This document shows, piece after piece, positions 53,600 to 63,196 of a DNA stretch of 64,000 bases. The notes under the pieces were generated by a model that had not been told where the DNA came from, made no database searches, and saw only the letters and a program-made list of their open reading frames with translations. Origin of the DNA: an uncultured delta proteobacterium (GTDB lineage Bacteria; Myxococcota_A; Polyangia; Polyangiales; Polyangiaceae); assembly GCA_963696385.1 (NCBI GenBank), contig CAVOKF010000004.1:224001-288000 (forward strand). Reading direction: 5' to 3'. The position numbers and the translations under genes were made by a program. Numbering within the stretch: the stretch's first letter is position 1; each line of letters begins with the position of its first letter.

Positions 53600-54235
53600 G
53601 TGATCGACGTTCGAAATGTCACCAAGACGTATGGTCCTGTGCGCGCACTCGTCGGCGTGAACTGGCAGGTCGAGGAGCAGAGCATCGGCATCGTTCGAGG
53701 ACCGAATGGGTCCGGCAAATCCACGCTGCTTTCCATTCTAGGAACGTTGGCGCGTCCAACCTCGGGCCGCGTCGATCACGGTGCGCTCGGGCGCACCCAT
53801 CGCGATGTGCGGCGCAGTCTGGGTTGGCTAGGGCACGACTCGCTCTGCTATCCGGACCTCACAGGGCGAGAGAATATCGAACTCGCGGCCCGCCTGTACG
53901 GCTGTGACGCGAAGACGGCGTTCAGCCGCGCCGCGCTCCGCTTCGATCTCGAGGGATTTGCAAACCGGCCCTTTCGCACGTATTCGCGCGGTCAGCGGCA
54001 GCGCGTTGCGCTCGCGCGCGCCCTGGTGCACGCCCCTCGCCTGCTCTTATTGGACGAGCCCACGTCGGGCTTGGACGCGTCGTCGGCCGATCGCTTGGCC
54101 GCGGTCTTGGGCGAGGAAGTGGAGGCGGGGGCCACGATCGTAGTCGTCACCCACGATCTGGGTTTTGGCGAAGCCCTGGTCGCGCTTGGGGCCGCGACGC
54201 TGACGCTCCGGCGAGGTCGGGTTGTGGCGGAGTGA
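53600..54235 (+). CDS. ccmA: ABC ATP-binding protein, CcmA (heme exporter)-like
   Basis: GPNGSGKST, LGHDSLCYPDLT..EN, YSRGQRQR and LLLDEP. Confidence 0.7.
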   Translation: MIDVRNVTKTYGPVRALVGVNWQVEEQSIGIVRGPNGSGKSTLLSILGTLARPTSGRVDHGALGRTHRDVRRSLGWLGHDSLCYPDLTGRENIELAARLYGCDAKTAFSRAALRFDLEGFANRPFRTYSRGQRQRVALARALVHAPRLLLLDEPTSGLDASSADRLAAVLGEEVEAGATIVVVTHDLGFGEALVALGAATLTLRRGRVVAE

Positions 54236-54318
54236 TTGGAGCGGACGGCGACCGCGACAACCGCGACGCCGACCGGCACGGCAACGCCGGCCGTCGCCGC
54301 GTCCCAGACCGCTCGGGT

Positions 54319-54990
54319 CTAGTCTCCGAGGTAATCGGAAACTTGGATCATGGTGGAGTGTCTCGAGAGCTCCGGCACGTCGGCGCGGGGCAGGGCCAGT
54401 AGGATGGGCGGTCGCAGCAGGTGCGCGAGCTCCGCCGCGTTATGCCCGGTGGAGGCGTCGGGTGTGTCGGGCGCGACGAGGACGATGCCGGGGACATCCA
54501 CCCCAACGCTTTGGGCGGCCCTCGTGGTCGAGAGGACGTCGTGCAGCACGCCGAGTCGGTCGGGTGCGACGAGCACGATCGCGTCGGCGTCGAGGTCGCG
54601 CACGAAATCGGCGTTCACGGTCGTGTCGGAGATGGGGGTGAACAGGCCGCCGGGCAATTCGACGACGACGACATCGGATTGTGCGCGGACTTCGGAGATC
54701 CTCGCGAGTAGGGGTCCGGTGCGAATGGGACCTCGGCCGGATCGTCGGGCGGCGAGATGCGGCGACAACGGCTCGGCAAACGCGTAGCCAAAAGGTTGCA
54801 CGTGAAACGTCGATGCCCGCTCCAGCCGGGCGGCGTCCGAAACCGACGCCTCACACAGTCCGGTTTCGATCGGCTTCAGGCCGATGACGCGGGGGTATCG
54901 CAGCGCGAAAAATCGCAAGAGCGCCTCGGCGAAGTGCGTCTTGCCCACCGACGTCCCCGTGCCGGACACAGCAATGAGCCGGGACCTCAC
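54319..54990 (-). CDS. bioD: Dethiobiotin synthase
   Basis: GTGTSVGKT, LKPIETG, SPHLAA, VELPGG and LG.LHD. Confidence 0.9.
   Translation of the reverse strand: MRSRLIAVSGTGTSVGKTHFAEALLRFFALRYPRVIGLKPIETGLCEASVSDAARLERASTFHVQPFGYAFAEPLSPHLAARRSGRGPIRTGPLLARISEVRAQSDVVVVELPGGLFTPISDTTVNADFVRDLDADAIVLVAPDRLGVLHDVLSTTRAAQSVGVDVPGIVLVAPDTPDASTGHNAAELAHLLRPPILLALPRADVPELSRHSTMIQVSDYLGD
54794..54809. other. Degenerate parS site inside bioD
   Basis: GGTTGCACGTGAAACG; one mismatch to the GTTTCACGTGAAAC core. Confidence 0.55.
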
Positions 54991-56105
54991 AAGACGCCCG
55001 CGGCCATCGCATCGCGGACGATGGCGATGGCCCGGTCAATGTCCGCTGGTCCGTGGGCGGCGGTGACCGTGAAGCGAAGACGCGCCGTGCCGGCGGGAAC
55101 GGAGGGCGGGCGGATCGGGCGAACGTCGAGGCCGCGAGCGCGAAGGGCGTTGGACATCCGAACCGCGGCAGAGCTTGGGCCGATCACCCAAGGAATGATG
55201 TGACCAAAGCCAGCCGGCCGAATGCCGACGCGATGCAGGCCTTCGCGAAGGTGGTCGGCTGCGCGAAGGGTCCTTTCCCGTAGGGCCGGGTTCGCCGCGG
55301 CGGCCGTGATCCCGGCGCTGGCCGCGGCAGCCAGAGCGGGGCTCAGGCCTGTCGAGAAGACGAACGTCCGCGCGCGGTTCCAGAGCCAGGCCATGAGCGC
55401 GTCGCAGCCTGCGACGAACGCTCCCGCGGCCCCGAAGGCCTTGCCGAACGTGCCGACGACGGCATCCGCTCGGACGCCCGCGGCTGCACAGAGGCCCCGG
55501 CCTTGGGGGCCCAAGACGCCCAGCGCGTGCGCTTCGTCGACCACAAGCGCCGCTGCCCGCGCGTCGCAGAGGGCGCGCAGCCGTGCGAGGTCGGGCTGGT
55601 CGGCGTCCATGCTGAAATAAGACTCGGTGACCACGAACGACCGACCGGAATGGGGTTCGGAAAGCGCCCGCTCGACCGCGGCCAGATCGAGATGGGGCAC
55701 GACGACCGTCCGGGCCTTCGAGAGCCGGGCCCCGTCGATGATGGAGGCGTGGTCGAAGGCGTCGCTCACGATCCGATCCCCGGGTCCCGCCAGTGCGGAA
55801 ATCAAGCCGACGTTGGCGGCGTACCCACTCGTGAACACGAGCGAGGCCGGCTGCTCGACCAGGCGTGCGGCCAATCGTTCGAGGGCGATGTGTTCCGCGT
55901 GCTCGCCGACGACCAGGCGGGACGCGCAGGCGCCTGCCGCGGCCGGAGGACCGAACCGACCCCCGAGCCCGAGGTAGTCGTTGGAACAGAACGTGGTGGA
56001 CGGTGAAATGTGGGGCGCGGGGCGTTCGCGAAAGAGGTCGCGCCGCTTCAGATCGGAGAGTGCGTCGTCCAGAAAAAGGAGCGCCTGCGGGGAGGAGTGT
56101 TTCAC
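54987..56105 (-). CDS. bioF: 8-amino-7-oxononanoate synthase
   Basis: FCSNDYLGL, SGYAAN, HASIIDG, FSMD, DEAH, GTFGKAFG and IRPPSVP. GTG start at 56105 is inferred. Confidence 0.93.
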   Translation of the reverse strand: MKHSSPQALLFLDDALSDLKRRDLFRERPAPHISPSTTFCSNDYLGLGGRFGPPAAAGACASRLVVGEHAEHIALERLAARLVEQPASLVFTSGYAANVGLISALAGPGDRIVSDAFDHASIIDGARLSKARTVVVPHLDLAAVERALSEPHSGRSFVVTESYFSMDADQPDLARLRALCDARAAALVVDEAHALGVLGPQGRGLCAAAGVRADAVVGTFGKAFGAAGAFVAGCDALMAWLWNRARTFVFSTGLSPALAAAASAGITAAAANPALRERTLRAADHLREGLHRVGIRPAGFGHIIPWVIGPSSAAVRMSNALRARGLDVRPIRPPSVPAGTARLRFTVTAAHGPADIDRAIAIVRDAMAAGVL

Positions 56106-56113
56106 GTGAAACT
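56098..56113. other. parS centromere site
   Basis: TGTTTCACGTGAAACT contains the perfect 14-bp GTTTCACGTGAAAC palindrome. Confidence 0.8.
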
Positions 56114-56427
56114 CACGGTGCCTGGGACGCTGCCGGGTCCGAATCGGAAGGCCCCAGGGCCGCGTCAATGCGCCCGAGCAGCCGTTCGAGCAGTGCGCGC
56201 ATCCGCGCTTTCACGGATTCGCTTCGCTCCCGCTCTGTCTCTGCCTCGTGCGCCAAAGCGATGGCGACCAGCAACAGGCCCTGCGACCCTGCGCCGCGCG
56301 CACTGGTCGGGATCTCGGCCAGCTTTTGATTGACGACCGAGGCCAGCCGTTGAAGCTCCTCCGCAGGGGCCGAGCTCACGACGCGATAGATCTGGCCTGC
56401 AATCCGCAGCTCGACCGTGTCACTCAT
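56113..56427 (-). CDS. zapA: Cell division protein ZapA
   Basis: VELRIAGQIYRV..LA..V..K..LLVAIALAHE followed by a coiled coil. Confidence 0.8.
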   Translation of the reverse strand: MSDTVELRIAGQIYRVVSSAPAEELQRLASVVNQKLAEIPTSARGAGSQGLLLVAIALAHEAETERERSESVKARMRALLERLLGRIDAALGPSDSDPAASQAP

Positions 56428-56480
56428 GCCTCGCCCCACGGTACCACGCAGGGATTGCGGAGCCGTTTTCAAACGGTACG

Positions 56481-56568
56481 GTACGGCGACGGCCTCGGGT
56501 TGCCGTCCAGGCGCCCGCGTCCAATCGCGCCCAGCGCAGCCGGGTACCGTATAGCGGGGCGCTGTACT
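56481..56568. repeat. Second copy of the GTACAGCG-type MITE/REP-like element
   Basis: GTACGGCG...CGCTGTAC ends; 56530-56568 matches 20392-20430 at 30/39 ungapped. Confidence 0.6.
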
Positions 56569-57428
56569 TAGTCCGCGCCCGCGTCGGTCGATGTGGACGT
56601 CGAGGTCGACGTGGATGTCGCCGTGGACGTCGCCATAGAGCTTGTGGTCGTGCCCGCGTCAATCGGGATGGCCGGCGGCGAGCAGTCCGTCGAAATGCCC
56701 TGACAGAGGCTGCAGTCGACGGAAAGATCCTGCCCAATGGCGCACGGCCCGGAGGTCGCGGCCATTTGCCCGCTGCCCACGCAGTTGGGGGATTGGTAGA
56801 GCGGACTGATGTCGGCCGCCGCAATCGTGACCAGGCATCCGCGGCAGAGAAGGACGGGGAATTGGTAGACGTCCGATTGGACCGAGTCGCCGCCGAGTGT
56901 TTGGCCGAAAAACTGGACGTAGGTCAGCAGTCGGACTTGATCGACGTGGTCCCCGGGGGGAGGCCCCTGATCGACGGCCGTGGCATTGTCGATCGTCGTG
57001 ACCGTGATCGGTCCATAGCTCGGCGTCCCGCCCGAAGCGGGAGGGATGGTCGTCGACACGAGATCTTCGAACCGGCTCACCGTGACTTGCTGGTCGTTTT
57101 TCACGATGACGGTTGCTTTTTGCAACGTCACGAACGACGTCTCGGTGCGGGGCGCGGTGGGATTCGCCTGGGCCACCAACTGATTGCCCACCAGATACGT
57201 CGGGTCGTATTCGCCGCGCAAATCGATGTCCAAGACGCCCCCGCCCAGGATCTGGGGCTGCGTGGGGTCGGAGGTGAACGAACAGGGGGTTCCCGACGAC
57301 ACGACCTGGGGCGCGAGCACGTCGTAGACAAAGAGAGTGCTGCCGTCGCTCGCACACGCCGAAAGCACGGCGCCCGTCCCCGCGACGGCCATCAGTACGG
57401 CAGAGACGCCTCCCCACAAGCGATTCAT
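56568..57428 (-). CDS. Hypothetical Cys-containing lipoprotein with Ser/Thr-rich tail
   Basis: VLSAC lipobox; LCRGCL..C..GQD..DC..C; tail TTTSSMATSTATSTSTSTSTST. Confidence 0.75.
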   Translation of the reverse strand: MNRLWGGVSAVLMAVAGTGAVLSACASDGSTLFVYDVLAPQVVSSGTPCSFTSDPTQPQILGGGVLDIDLRGEYDPTYLVGNQLVAQANPTAPRTETSFVTLQKATVIVKNDQQVTVSRFEDLVSTTIPPASGGTPSYGPITVTTIDNATAVDQGPPPGDHVDQVRLLTYVQFFGQTLGGDSVQSDVYQFPVLLCRGCLVTIAAADISPLYQSPNCVGSGQMAATSGPCAIGQDLSVDCSLCQGISTDCSPPAIPIDAGTTTSSMATSTATSTSTSTSTSTDAGAD

Positions 57429-57548
57429 CGGCATTCTCCTCGTGGGCCCCAGCTCGCCAAGCGCGGCGGTGCGCAATCACTCCCGTATCTACAAGCGTAC
57501 CGCGATACGGGCACAGCGCCAAAAAACGTCCAATCGGCCGCCCCGCCA

Positions 57549-57575
57549 GGTTGGAGACACGCCGGTTGGAGACAC
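57549..57575. repeat. Direct repeat GGTTGGAGACAC x2 (15-bp period)
   Basis: Copies at 57549-57560 and 57564-57575 in the intergenic region. Confidence 0.7.
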
Positions 57576-57682
57576 CCCGCGACTCGCCCCCCCCCGAGCT
57601 GCAAGCCCCCGCCTTCGGGGCCGTGCGTGCTCGGGGACCTCTCCCCCGTGCGCCTGGAAGGCCGCAACGGGTGCCGACCCGA

Positions 57683-59260
57683 TCAGGGGCCGAGAACGGC
57701 GTCTCGGAGGGTTTCCAGAGGTACCCGCTCGACGTGCGCACGCCCCGGGCCTGTCACGACCGGGAGTCGCAAAGTTTCCTTCTGCCGCTTTTTGTCGTGA
57801 TGGACGAACGGCCACGCCGCCGCAAGCTCGCTGCGGTCGGCGCGCGCGGGCAAGCCAAGGGTCGACAGCAGCTGTTCGGTTCGGAGGATCAACCCGGGCG
57901 GCGTCCATCCAAGCTTTTCCGTGGCGCGCAACTCGGCCATCGTGCCGAGCGCGACGGCCTCCCCGTGCAGCCACCGGGCGTAACCGCCGTGGGCTTCGAG
58001 GGCATGTCCTATCGTATGCCCCAGGTTCAGCAGGGCTCGGAGCGCCGTCTCGCGCTCGTCGTCGCGAACGATGCGGATCTTCGCTTGGATGGCAGCGCGG
58101 ACGATGGGCTCGAGCGCGATCGGTTCGCCTCGCCCGAGCGCTCTCGCATCGCGCTCGACGGCGTCGAAGAGGCGCGAGTCCGTGGCGAGCGCGATTTTCA
58201 CGATCTCGGCGAGCCCGGCAGCCCGCTGTCGGGCCCCCAGCGTCGTCAGGTGGTCCAGGTCCGCGACGACCGCATTCGGCTGGTGAAATGCGCCGATGAG
58301 GTTCTTGCCGGAGGGATGGTCGAATCCCGTCTTGCCGCCCACCGACGAGTCCACCATGGCGAGCAACGTCGTCGGTACTTGCAGGCAACGAACGCCACGC
58401 AACAGACACGCGGCGGCGAACCCGGCCAGATCCCCGACGACTCCGCCGCCGCACGCCACGACGAGCGCGTCGCGGTCCGCGGCGCCGGCGAGGGCCGCGT
58501 CCCAGATGGTCGACACGCTGGCGAGCGTCTTGTACGCCTCGCCGGGCGCAAGAGTCACTCGCGTGAGCGGTCCCCTGAATTCCGCCAGGGATCGATCGAA
58601 AACGGCGCCGCGGGCCCGGTGCACGTTCGAGTCCGTGACGACCACGATGGACGAGGGGGCGGCGCGGTGGATCGAAGCCGCGAGACGGGCCGGTTCGCCG
58701 ACGCACACGTCAATCGGGTAGCTGCGCGATCCCAGCGGAACGAGCAGCGGATCCCGTTCGGCCAGCCCCACGACCTCGTCGACCACTGCGGCAAGCGTCG
58801 TCGTGTCGGTCGCGAGCGTCAGATGCGATTCGGCGTACGCATCGGCGCGCTGTGCAAGCAGATCCCGGACTCGTTCGAGGGGGCCCGTGCCCATGCCGAG
58901 TAGCGGGCGGGTCGCGACGTCTTGCGCACGGGCCACGATCGCTTCCGGCGAGGCCGTGAGCGTCACGACGACCGCGTGATCGGTCGCGAGCCGTCGCGAG
59001 TGCGCGGCCATCACTGTCCCGCCTCCGAACGCGATCACCTTCGTCACGCCATCGGTCAGCAGCCTCTCGACGACGACGGCTTCCCGAACGCGAAAGGCGG
59101 CCTCGCCGTCGCGGCGCCACAATTCGGCAATCGCCGCGCCGGCTTCGCGCTCGACCTCCTGGTCCGTGTCGACGAACGGTACCCCGAGCCGCGCCGCGAC
59201 CCGCGGTCCCACGGTGGTCTTTCCTACCCCCATGAATCCACTGAGGACGATCGAGCGCAC
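57683..59260 (-). CDS. aroB: Shikimate kinase / 3-dehydroquinate synthase fusion (AroK-AroB)
   Basis: GFMGVGKTT..GE..FR..RPLL, then GGGVVGD, PTTLLAMVDSSVGGK, LNLGHT.GH and HGEAV. Confidence 0.93.
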   Translation of the reverse strand: MRSIVLSGFMGVGKTTVGPRVAARLGVPFVDTDQEVEREAGAAIAELWRRDGEAAFRVREAVVVERLLTDGVTKVIAFGGGTVMAAHSRRLATDHAVVVTLTASPEAIVARAQDVATRPLLGMGTGPLERVRDLLAQRADAYAESHLTLATDTTTLAAVVDEVVGLAERDPLLVPLGSRSYPIDVCVGEPARLAASIHRAAPSSIVVVTDSNVHRARGAVFDRSLAEFRGPLTRVTLAPGEAYKTLASVSTIWDAALAGAADRDALVVACGGGVVGDLAGFAAACLLRGVRCLQVPTTLLAMVDSSVGGKTGFDHPSGKNLIGAFHQPNAVVADLDHLTTLGARQRAAGLAEIVKIALATDSRLFDAVERDARALGRGEPIALEPIVRAAIQAKIRIVRDDERETALRALLNLGHTIGHALEAHGGYARWLHGEAVALGTMAELRATEKLGWTPPGLILRTEQLLSTLGLPARADRSELAAAWPFVHHDKKRQKETLRLPVVTGPGRAHVERVPLETLRDAVLGP

Positions 59261-59342
59261 GATCAGCGCTCCGCGACCGCGACATCGAGCGACGGCGCCG
59301 GGCCCCCGAGTCCATCGTCCCCTTGGACGCCCGCCCGCATGG

Positions 59343-60512
59343 TCAGTATTCCGCGAGTTGAGCGCGATAGCCCTCGACATTTCGCGAGAGCTCGCGCATC
59401 GAATCGCCGCCGAACTTCTCGAGCAGGGCGTCGGCCAGTACGATGGACATCATGGCCTCGCCGACGACGCTAGCGGCCGAGACCGCGCACACGTCGCTCC
59501 GCTCGAAGGCCGCGTCGTAAGGCTCCTTCGTCATGACGTCGACGCTCCGCAGCGCCTTCTTCAGAGTGGCGATCGGCTTCATCGCTACGCGGCAGACCAC
59601 CGGCTCGCCGTTCGTGATTCCACCCTCCAGTCCCCCGGCGCGGTTGCTCGGTCGCGTGAAGCGGCGCGCGTCCGAATCGTAGCCGATCGGGTCGTGAACC
59701 TCCGAGCCGCGCGACCGCGCCGCAGAAAATCCCGCACCGATCTCCACGCCCTTGATGGCCTGAATGCTCATGAGCGCTTGCGCCAGACGTCCGTCGAGTT
59801 TTCGATCCCATTGAACGTGACTTCCGAGCCCGGGGACGACGCCGGTCGCGACGACTTCGAACACGCCGCCGAGCGTATCGCCGGCGTGTGCGGCTTCGCG
59901 GATCGCCTCCTTCATTCGCGGCTCAGCGGCCGGGTCGGCGCACGCGAGGTCGCTCGCTCGAGACCTCGTCCGAAGGTCGTCCAGCGTCCCTTCCGGTGCG
60001 GCCGCGACCTGGACGCCGCCGATCGCCACGACATGGGCGAATAGGTCTATCCCGACGGCGCGGAGCAGTTTTCGGCACACGGCGCCGACCGCTGTTCGCG
60101 CCGCCGTTTCCCTCGCGCTTGCCCGCTCCAGCACGTCGCGCAAGTCGTGGACTCCGTGCTTGAGGCCGCCCGCGAGATCCGCGTGACCCGGACGCGGCCG
60201 GGTGAGCGGATCGGGCCGAACTTGCATTGGGGCGGGCGACATGCGGTCGAGCCAATGAACGTGATCGCGGTTGGCGATCGACATCGCAACGGGCGACCCG
60301 AGCGTTTCGCCTCCGCGCACGCCACCGATGAACTCGACGCAATCCGTCTCAATCTTCATGCGGCCGCCGCGGCCGTAGCCCCGTTGTCTTCTAGCCAGGT
60401 CCACGTCCACGTCCTCGGCCAGCAGAGCGAGACCTGCGGGGATTCCCTCGACGATGGCCGTCAAACGGGGTCCGTGCGACTCTCCGGAGGTAATCCAGCG
60501 AAGGCGAGACAT
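59343..60512 (-). CDS. aroC: Chorismate synthase
   Basis: GESHG, RRQRGYGRG.RM, PRPGHAD, ERASARETA and GGITNG. Confidence 0.97.
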   Translation of the reverse strand: MSRLRWITSGESHGPRLTAIVEGIPAGLALLAEDVDVDLARRQRGYGRGGRMKIETDCVEFIGGVRGGETLGSPVAMSIANRDHVHWLDRMSPAPMQVRPDPLTRPRPGHADLAGGLKHGVHDLRDVLERASARETAARTAVGAVCRKLLRAVGIDLFAHVVAIGGVQVAAAPEGTLDDLRTRSRASDLACADPAAEPRMKEAIREAAHAGDTLGGVFEVVATGVVPGLGSHVQWDRKLDGRLAQALMSIQAIKGVEIGAGFSAARSRGSEVHDPIGYDSDARRFTRPSNRAGGLEGGITNGEPVVCRVAMKPIATLKKALRSVDVMTKEPYDAAFERSDVCAVSAASVVGEAMMSIVLADALLEKFGGDSMRELSRNVEGYRAQLAEY

Positions 60513-60618
60513 CGTGGTGGCGTAGGGGAAAGGGCACGCTCGTGAAAACGGAAGCAGCGAACGCTAGCAAGCCGACCGCCGGCGCGGAAGTCGGCGTGCT
60601 ACCTCTGATCGCCCGCGC

Positions 60619-61440
60619 ATGGTCGGCCGAGAGTTCGCGTTTCACAAATACGAGGGGCTCGGCAACGACTTCGTCGTCCTCGATGCTGCCGAGGAAGGGA
60701 TCGTCGCACCGGGCCGGGCGCTCGCCTTGTGCGATCGCCGTCTCGGCATCGGCGCCGACGGCGTGATCCTCGTGCTGCCACCGCGCGTACCCGCGGTCGA
60801 CGCGCGCATGCGCGTCATCAACGCCGATGGATCCGTGCCCGAAATGTGCGGCAACGGTGTGCGTTGCGTCGCTTTGCACGTTGCAAGTCAGCGGGGGCGG
60901 CGCGGCGGGAGTCTCGTCATCGAAACGGATGCCGGTCCGCGCGCGTGCACCCTCGCCGAGGGAGCTACCGACTCGGTCGCCGTGGTCACCGTCGACATGG
61001 GCTTGGTGCAGGTCGTGGGCGATCGCACGATCGACGTCGACGGCGAGATCGTGACGGTGACGACGGTGGATGCGGGCAATCCGCACGCCGTCCTGTTCGG
61101 TGAGTTCACCCGGGGCGACATCGCGCGACTCGGTTCGCGTATCGCCGTGCACCCAGCCTTTCCGCGCGGCACGAACGTGGAGTTTGCTCGATCCGACGGT
61201 GCGGAGATCGATCTGGTCGTCTGGGAGCGCGGTGTCGGTACCACGCTCGCCTGTGGCACGGGCGCCTGCGCCACGGTCGCGGTAGCACGCTCCAAGGGGC
61301 TTGCGCCCGAAGGTACGCGGGTCGGGGTACGCCTTCCCGGCGGACGCCTCGACGTGACGATTGAAGCCGACGGCGCCGCGAGCATGAAGGGGCCCGCCCG
61401 TCGCGTGTTCTCGGGAACGCTCTCGAGCGGCTGGGGATGA
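60619..61440 (+). CDS. dapF: Diaminopimelate epimerase
   Basis: KYEGLGNDF, GIGADG, NADGS.PEMCGNG, GNPH, NVEF and ERGVG.TLACGTG. Confidence 0.96.
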   Translation: MVGREFAFHKYEGLGNDFVVLDAAEEGIVAPGRALALCDRRLGIGADGVILVLPPRVPAVDARMRVINADGSVPEMCGNGVRCVALHVASQRGRRGGSLVIETDAGPRACTLAEGATDSVAVVTVDMGLVQVVGDRTIDVDGEIVTVTTVDAGNPHAVLFGEFTRGDIARLGSRIAVHPAFPRGTNVEFARSDGAEIDLVVWERGVGTTLACGTGACATVAVARSKGLAPEGTRVGVRLPGGRLDVTIEADGAASMKGPARRVFSGTLSSGWG

Positions 61441-61443
61441 GGC

Positions 61444-62214
61444 TTACCCCTCGACGATCGTGCCAATCGTGTCGCCGAGAACCACCCGCTTGATATTTCC
61501 TCGCGTCCCCATTTTGAAGACCCGGATAGGCATGTCGTTGTCGCGGCAGAGCGTCACGGCGGTGGAGTCCATGACTCCGATGCGTTCGGACAGGAAGCGA
61601 TCGAACGTGACCCGGGAGTACATCTCGGCCGTCGGGTGACTCACCGGATCGCGAGCGTAGATGCCCTCGACTTTCGTCGCCTTGCAGAGGCAGTCCGCGT
61701 GGATCTCCATCGCGCGTAGCGCGGCCGCGGTATCGGTCGAGAAGTACGGGTTGCCGGTCCCGGCAGCAAAGACGACCATGCGACCCTTCTCGAGATGCCG
61801 AATAGCCCGGCGACGAATGTAGGGCTCGGCCACCTGTCGAATCTCGATGGCCGTCATCACGCGCGTCGCGACGCCTGCCTTCTCGAGCGCATCCTGCATG
61901 GCCAAGGCGTTGATGACCGTAGCGAGCATGCCCATGTAATCGCCCTGGGCGCGATCCATGCCCGTGCTGGCTCCTTTGAGGCCCCGAAAGATGTTGCCCC
62001 CACCGACGACCACACCAATTTGCGCGCCGAGCGCATGAACCTCGGCGAGTTCGATGGCCGTTTCACGGATGATGTTGCCGTCGATCCCGAATCCGCCGTC
62101 GCGTCCGCAGAGGGCCTCCCCGCTCAATTTGAGGACGACACGCCGATACTTGAGGCCCGGGTCCAACGGGGGAGGAACGACGGTCTCGTCGTCGCGCTCG
62201 TCGACGGGGCTCAT
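61444..62214 (-). CDS. pyrH: UMP kinase
   Basis: [37 protein letters not shown] and VMDSTA. Confidence 0.97.
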   Translation of the reverse strand: MSPVDERDDETVVPPPLDPGLKYRRVVLKLSGEALCGRDGGFGIDGNIIRETAIELAEVHALGAQIGVVVGGGNIFRGLKGASTGMDRAQGDYMGMLATVINALAMQDALEKAGVATRVMTAIEIRQVAEPYIRRRAIRHLEKGRMVVFAAGTGNPYFSTDTAAALRAMEIHADCLCKATKVEGIYARDPVSHPTAEMYSRVTFDRFLSERIGVMDSTAVTLCRDNDMPIRVFKMGTRGNIKRVVLGDTIGTIVEG

Positions 62215-62229
62215 GAACGACAAGCACGA

Positions 62230-63088
62230 TTACTCTTGCGGTCTCGGGCGTGCAATGGCCAAAAGACGCGCTTCGATTTTGCCCACGAGCTTGTCCGCGC
62301 CCTGCGCTCTCGCCACGAGAGCGGCGAGGCGTGCATGCCCATCGACGAGCGGCGGCCAGTCGCCGTCGCACTCCAAGTCCAGAATCGAACCAGACTCTCA
62401 GCCATGTCCCGTAGAGTCGTTCGTCTTCGTCCTCGGCCGCCGTCAGGCGCGTGGCGAGTTCAAGGGCGACGTCGGCGTCGCCTCGCTCGAGCGTGGCCTT
62501 GACCAGAACGTGGATGGCGTAGCGGTCGGCCTCACGATGGCCTAGGCGACTCATCGTCCGCAGCCGCTGGATGCATCGGTCGCGGCCCGGCGACGTTCCG
62601 GTTGCCCGGTCGAGGTCCGCTTCCACGACCGTGCGCAGCCCGTCGAGCCGGCCCCCACGCATCCAGGGCGTCACGGCGGCGAGGGCATCGAGCGCCCCGG
62701 AGCGGTTGCCGTCGGCAAGAAGCACCGCCGCCGAGCCGAGGCCCGTCGAGAACATTCGCGTCAGCCAAGGCTGCTGTTGCCGGCCTCGAGCCGATATCCC
62801 GCGCAGAATCGCCGTCCCCGTTCGGGCCATGCGCAGCTCTCGCGCCAGCCGCGACTCCTCGCTGCCAAGCAGCGCACCGACGAGGAGCGTCTCGGCCGAG
62901 CAGGCCACGAGAAGGGGCAGCGCGATCGAAAACAGCGATCGAGTTGCGTGGGTCCACGTCAACGCGGTTTGCGCGAGAGCCAACGTCGCCGCCGCGACCG
63001 CGCAGCTGGTCGTGGCCCAGCGCCATCGGGTCGCTACGAGCGGCGACCCGTGGTCGGGCATCTCCGGCTCGTCGTACGACGCGCGCAT
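62230..63088 (-). CDS. Hypothetical membrane protein, frameshifted at ~62385
   Basis: Two TM helices then a helical region. Removing one T gives WFDLDLECDGDWPP...RPRPQE* ending at 62230. Confidence 0.55.
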
Positions 63089-63196
63089 CCGTAAGCCCCT
63101 AACCGTTGCGACGGGGATCGGGCGCCGGGGCGCACCATGTCCGGGGCGCGGGCACTGCGCTGGCGCGAGGCACGCCTGCTATAGTAATCGGGGACC

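Noticed and set aside
56106..56113. 6S RNA expected after zapA
   Set aside because: bioF begins within ~7 nt of the zapA stop, leaving no room.
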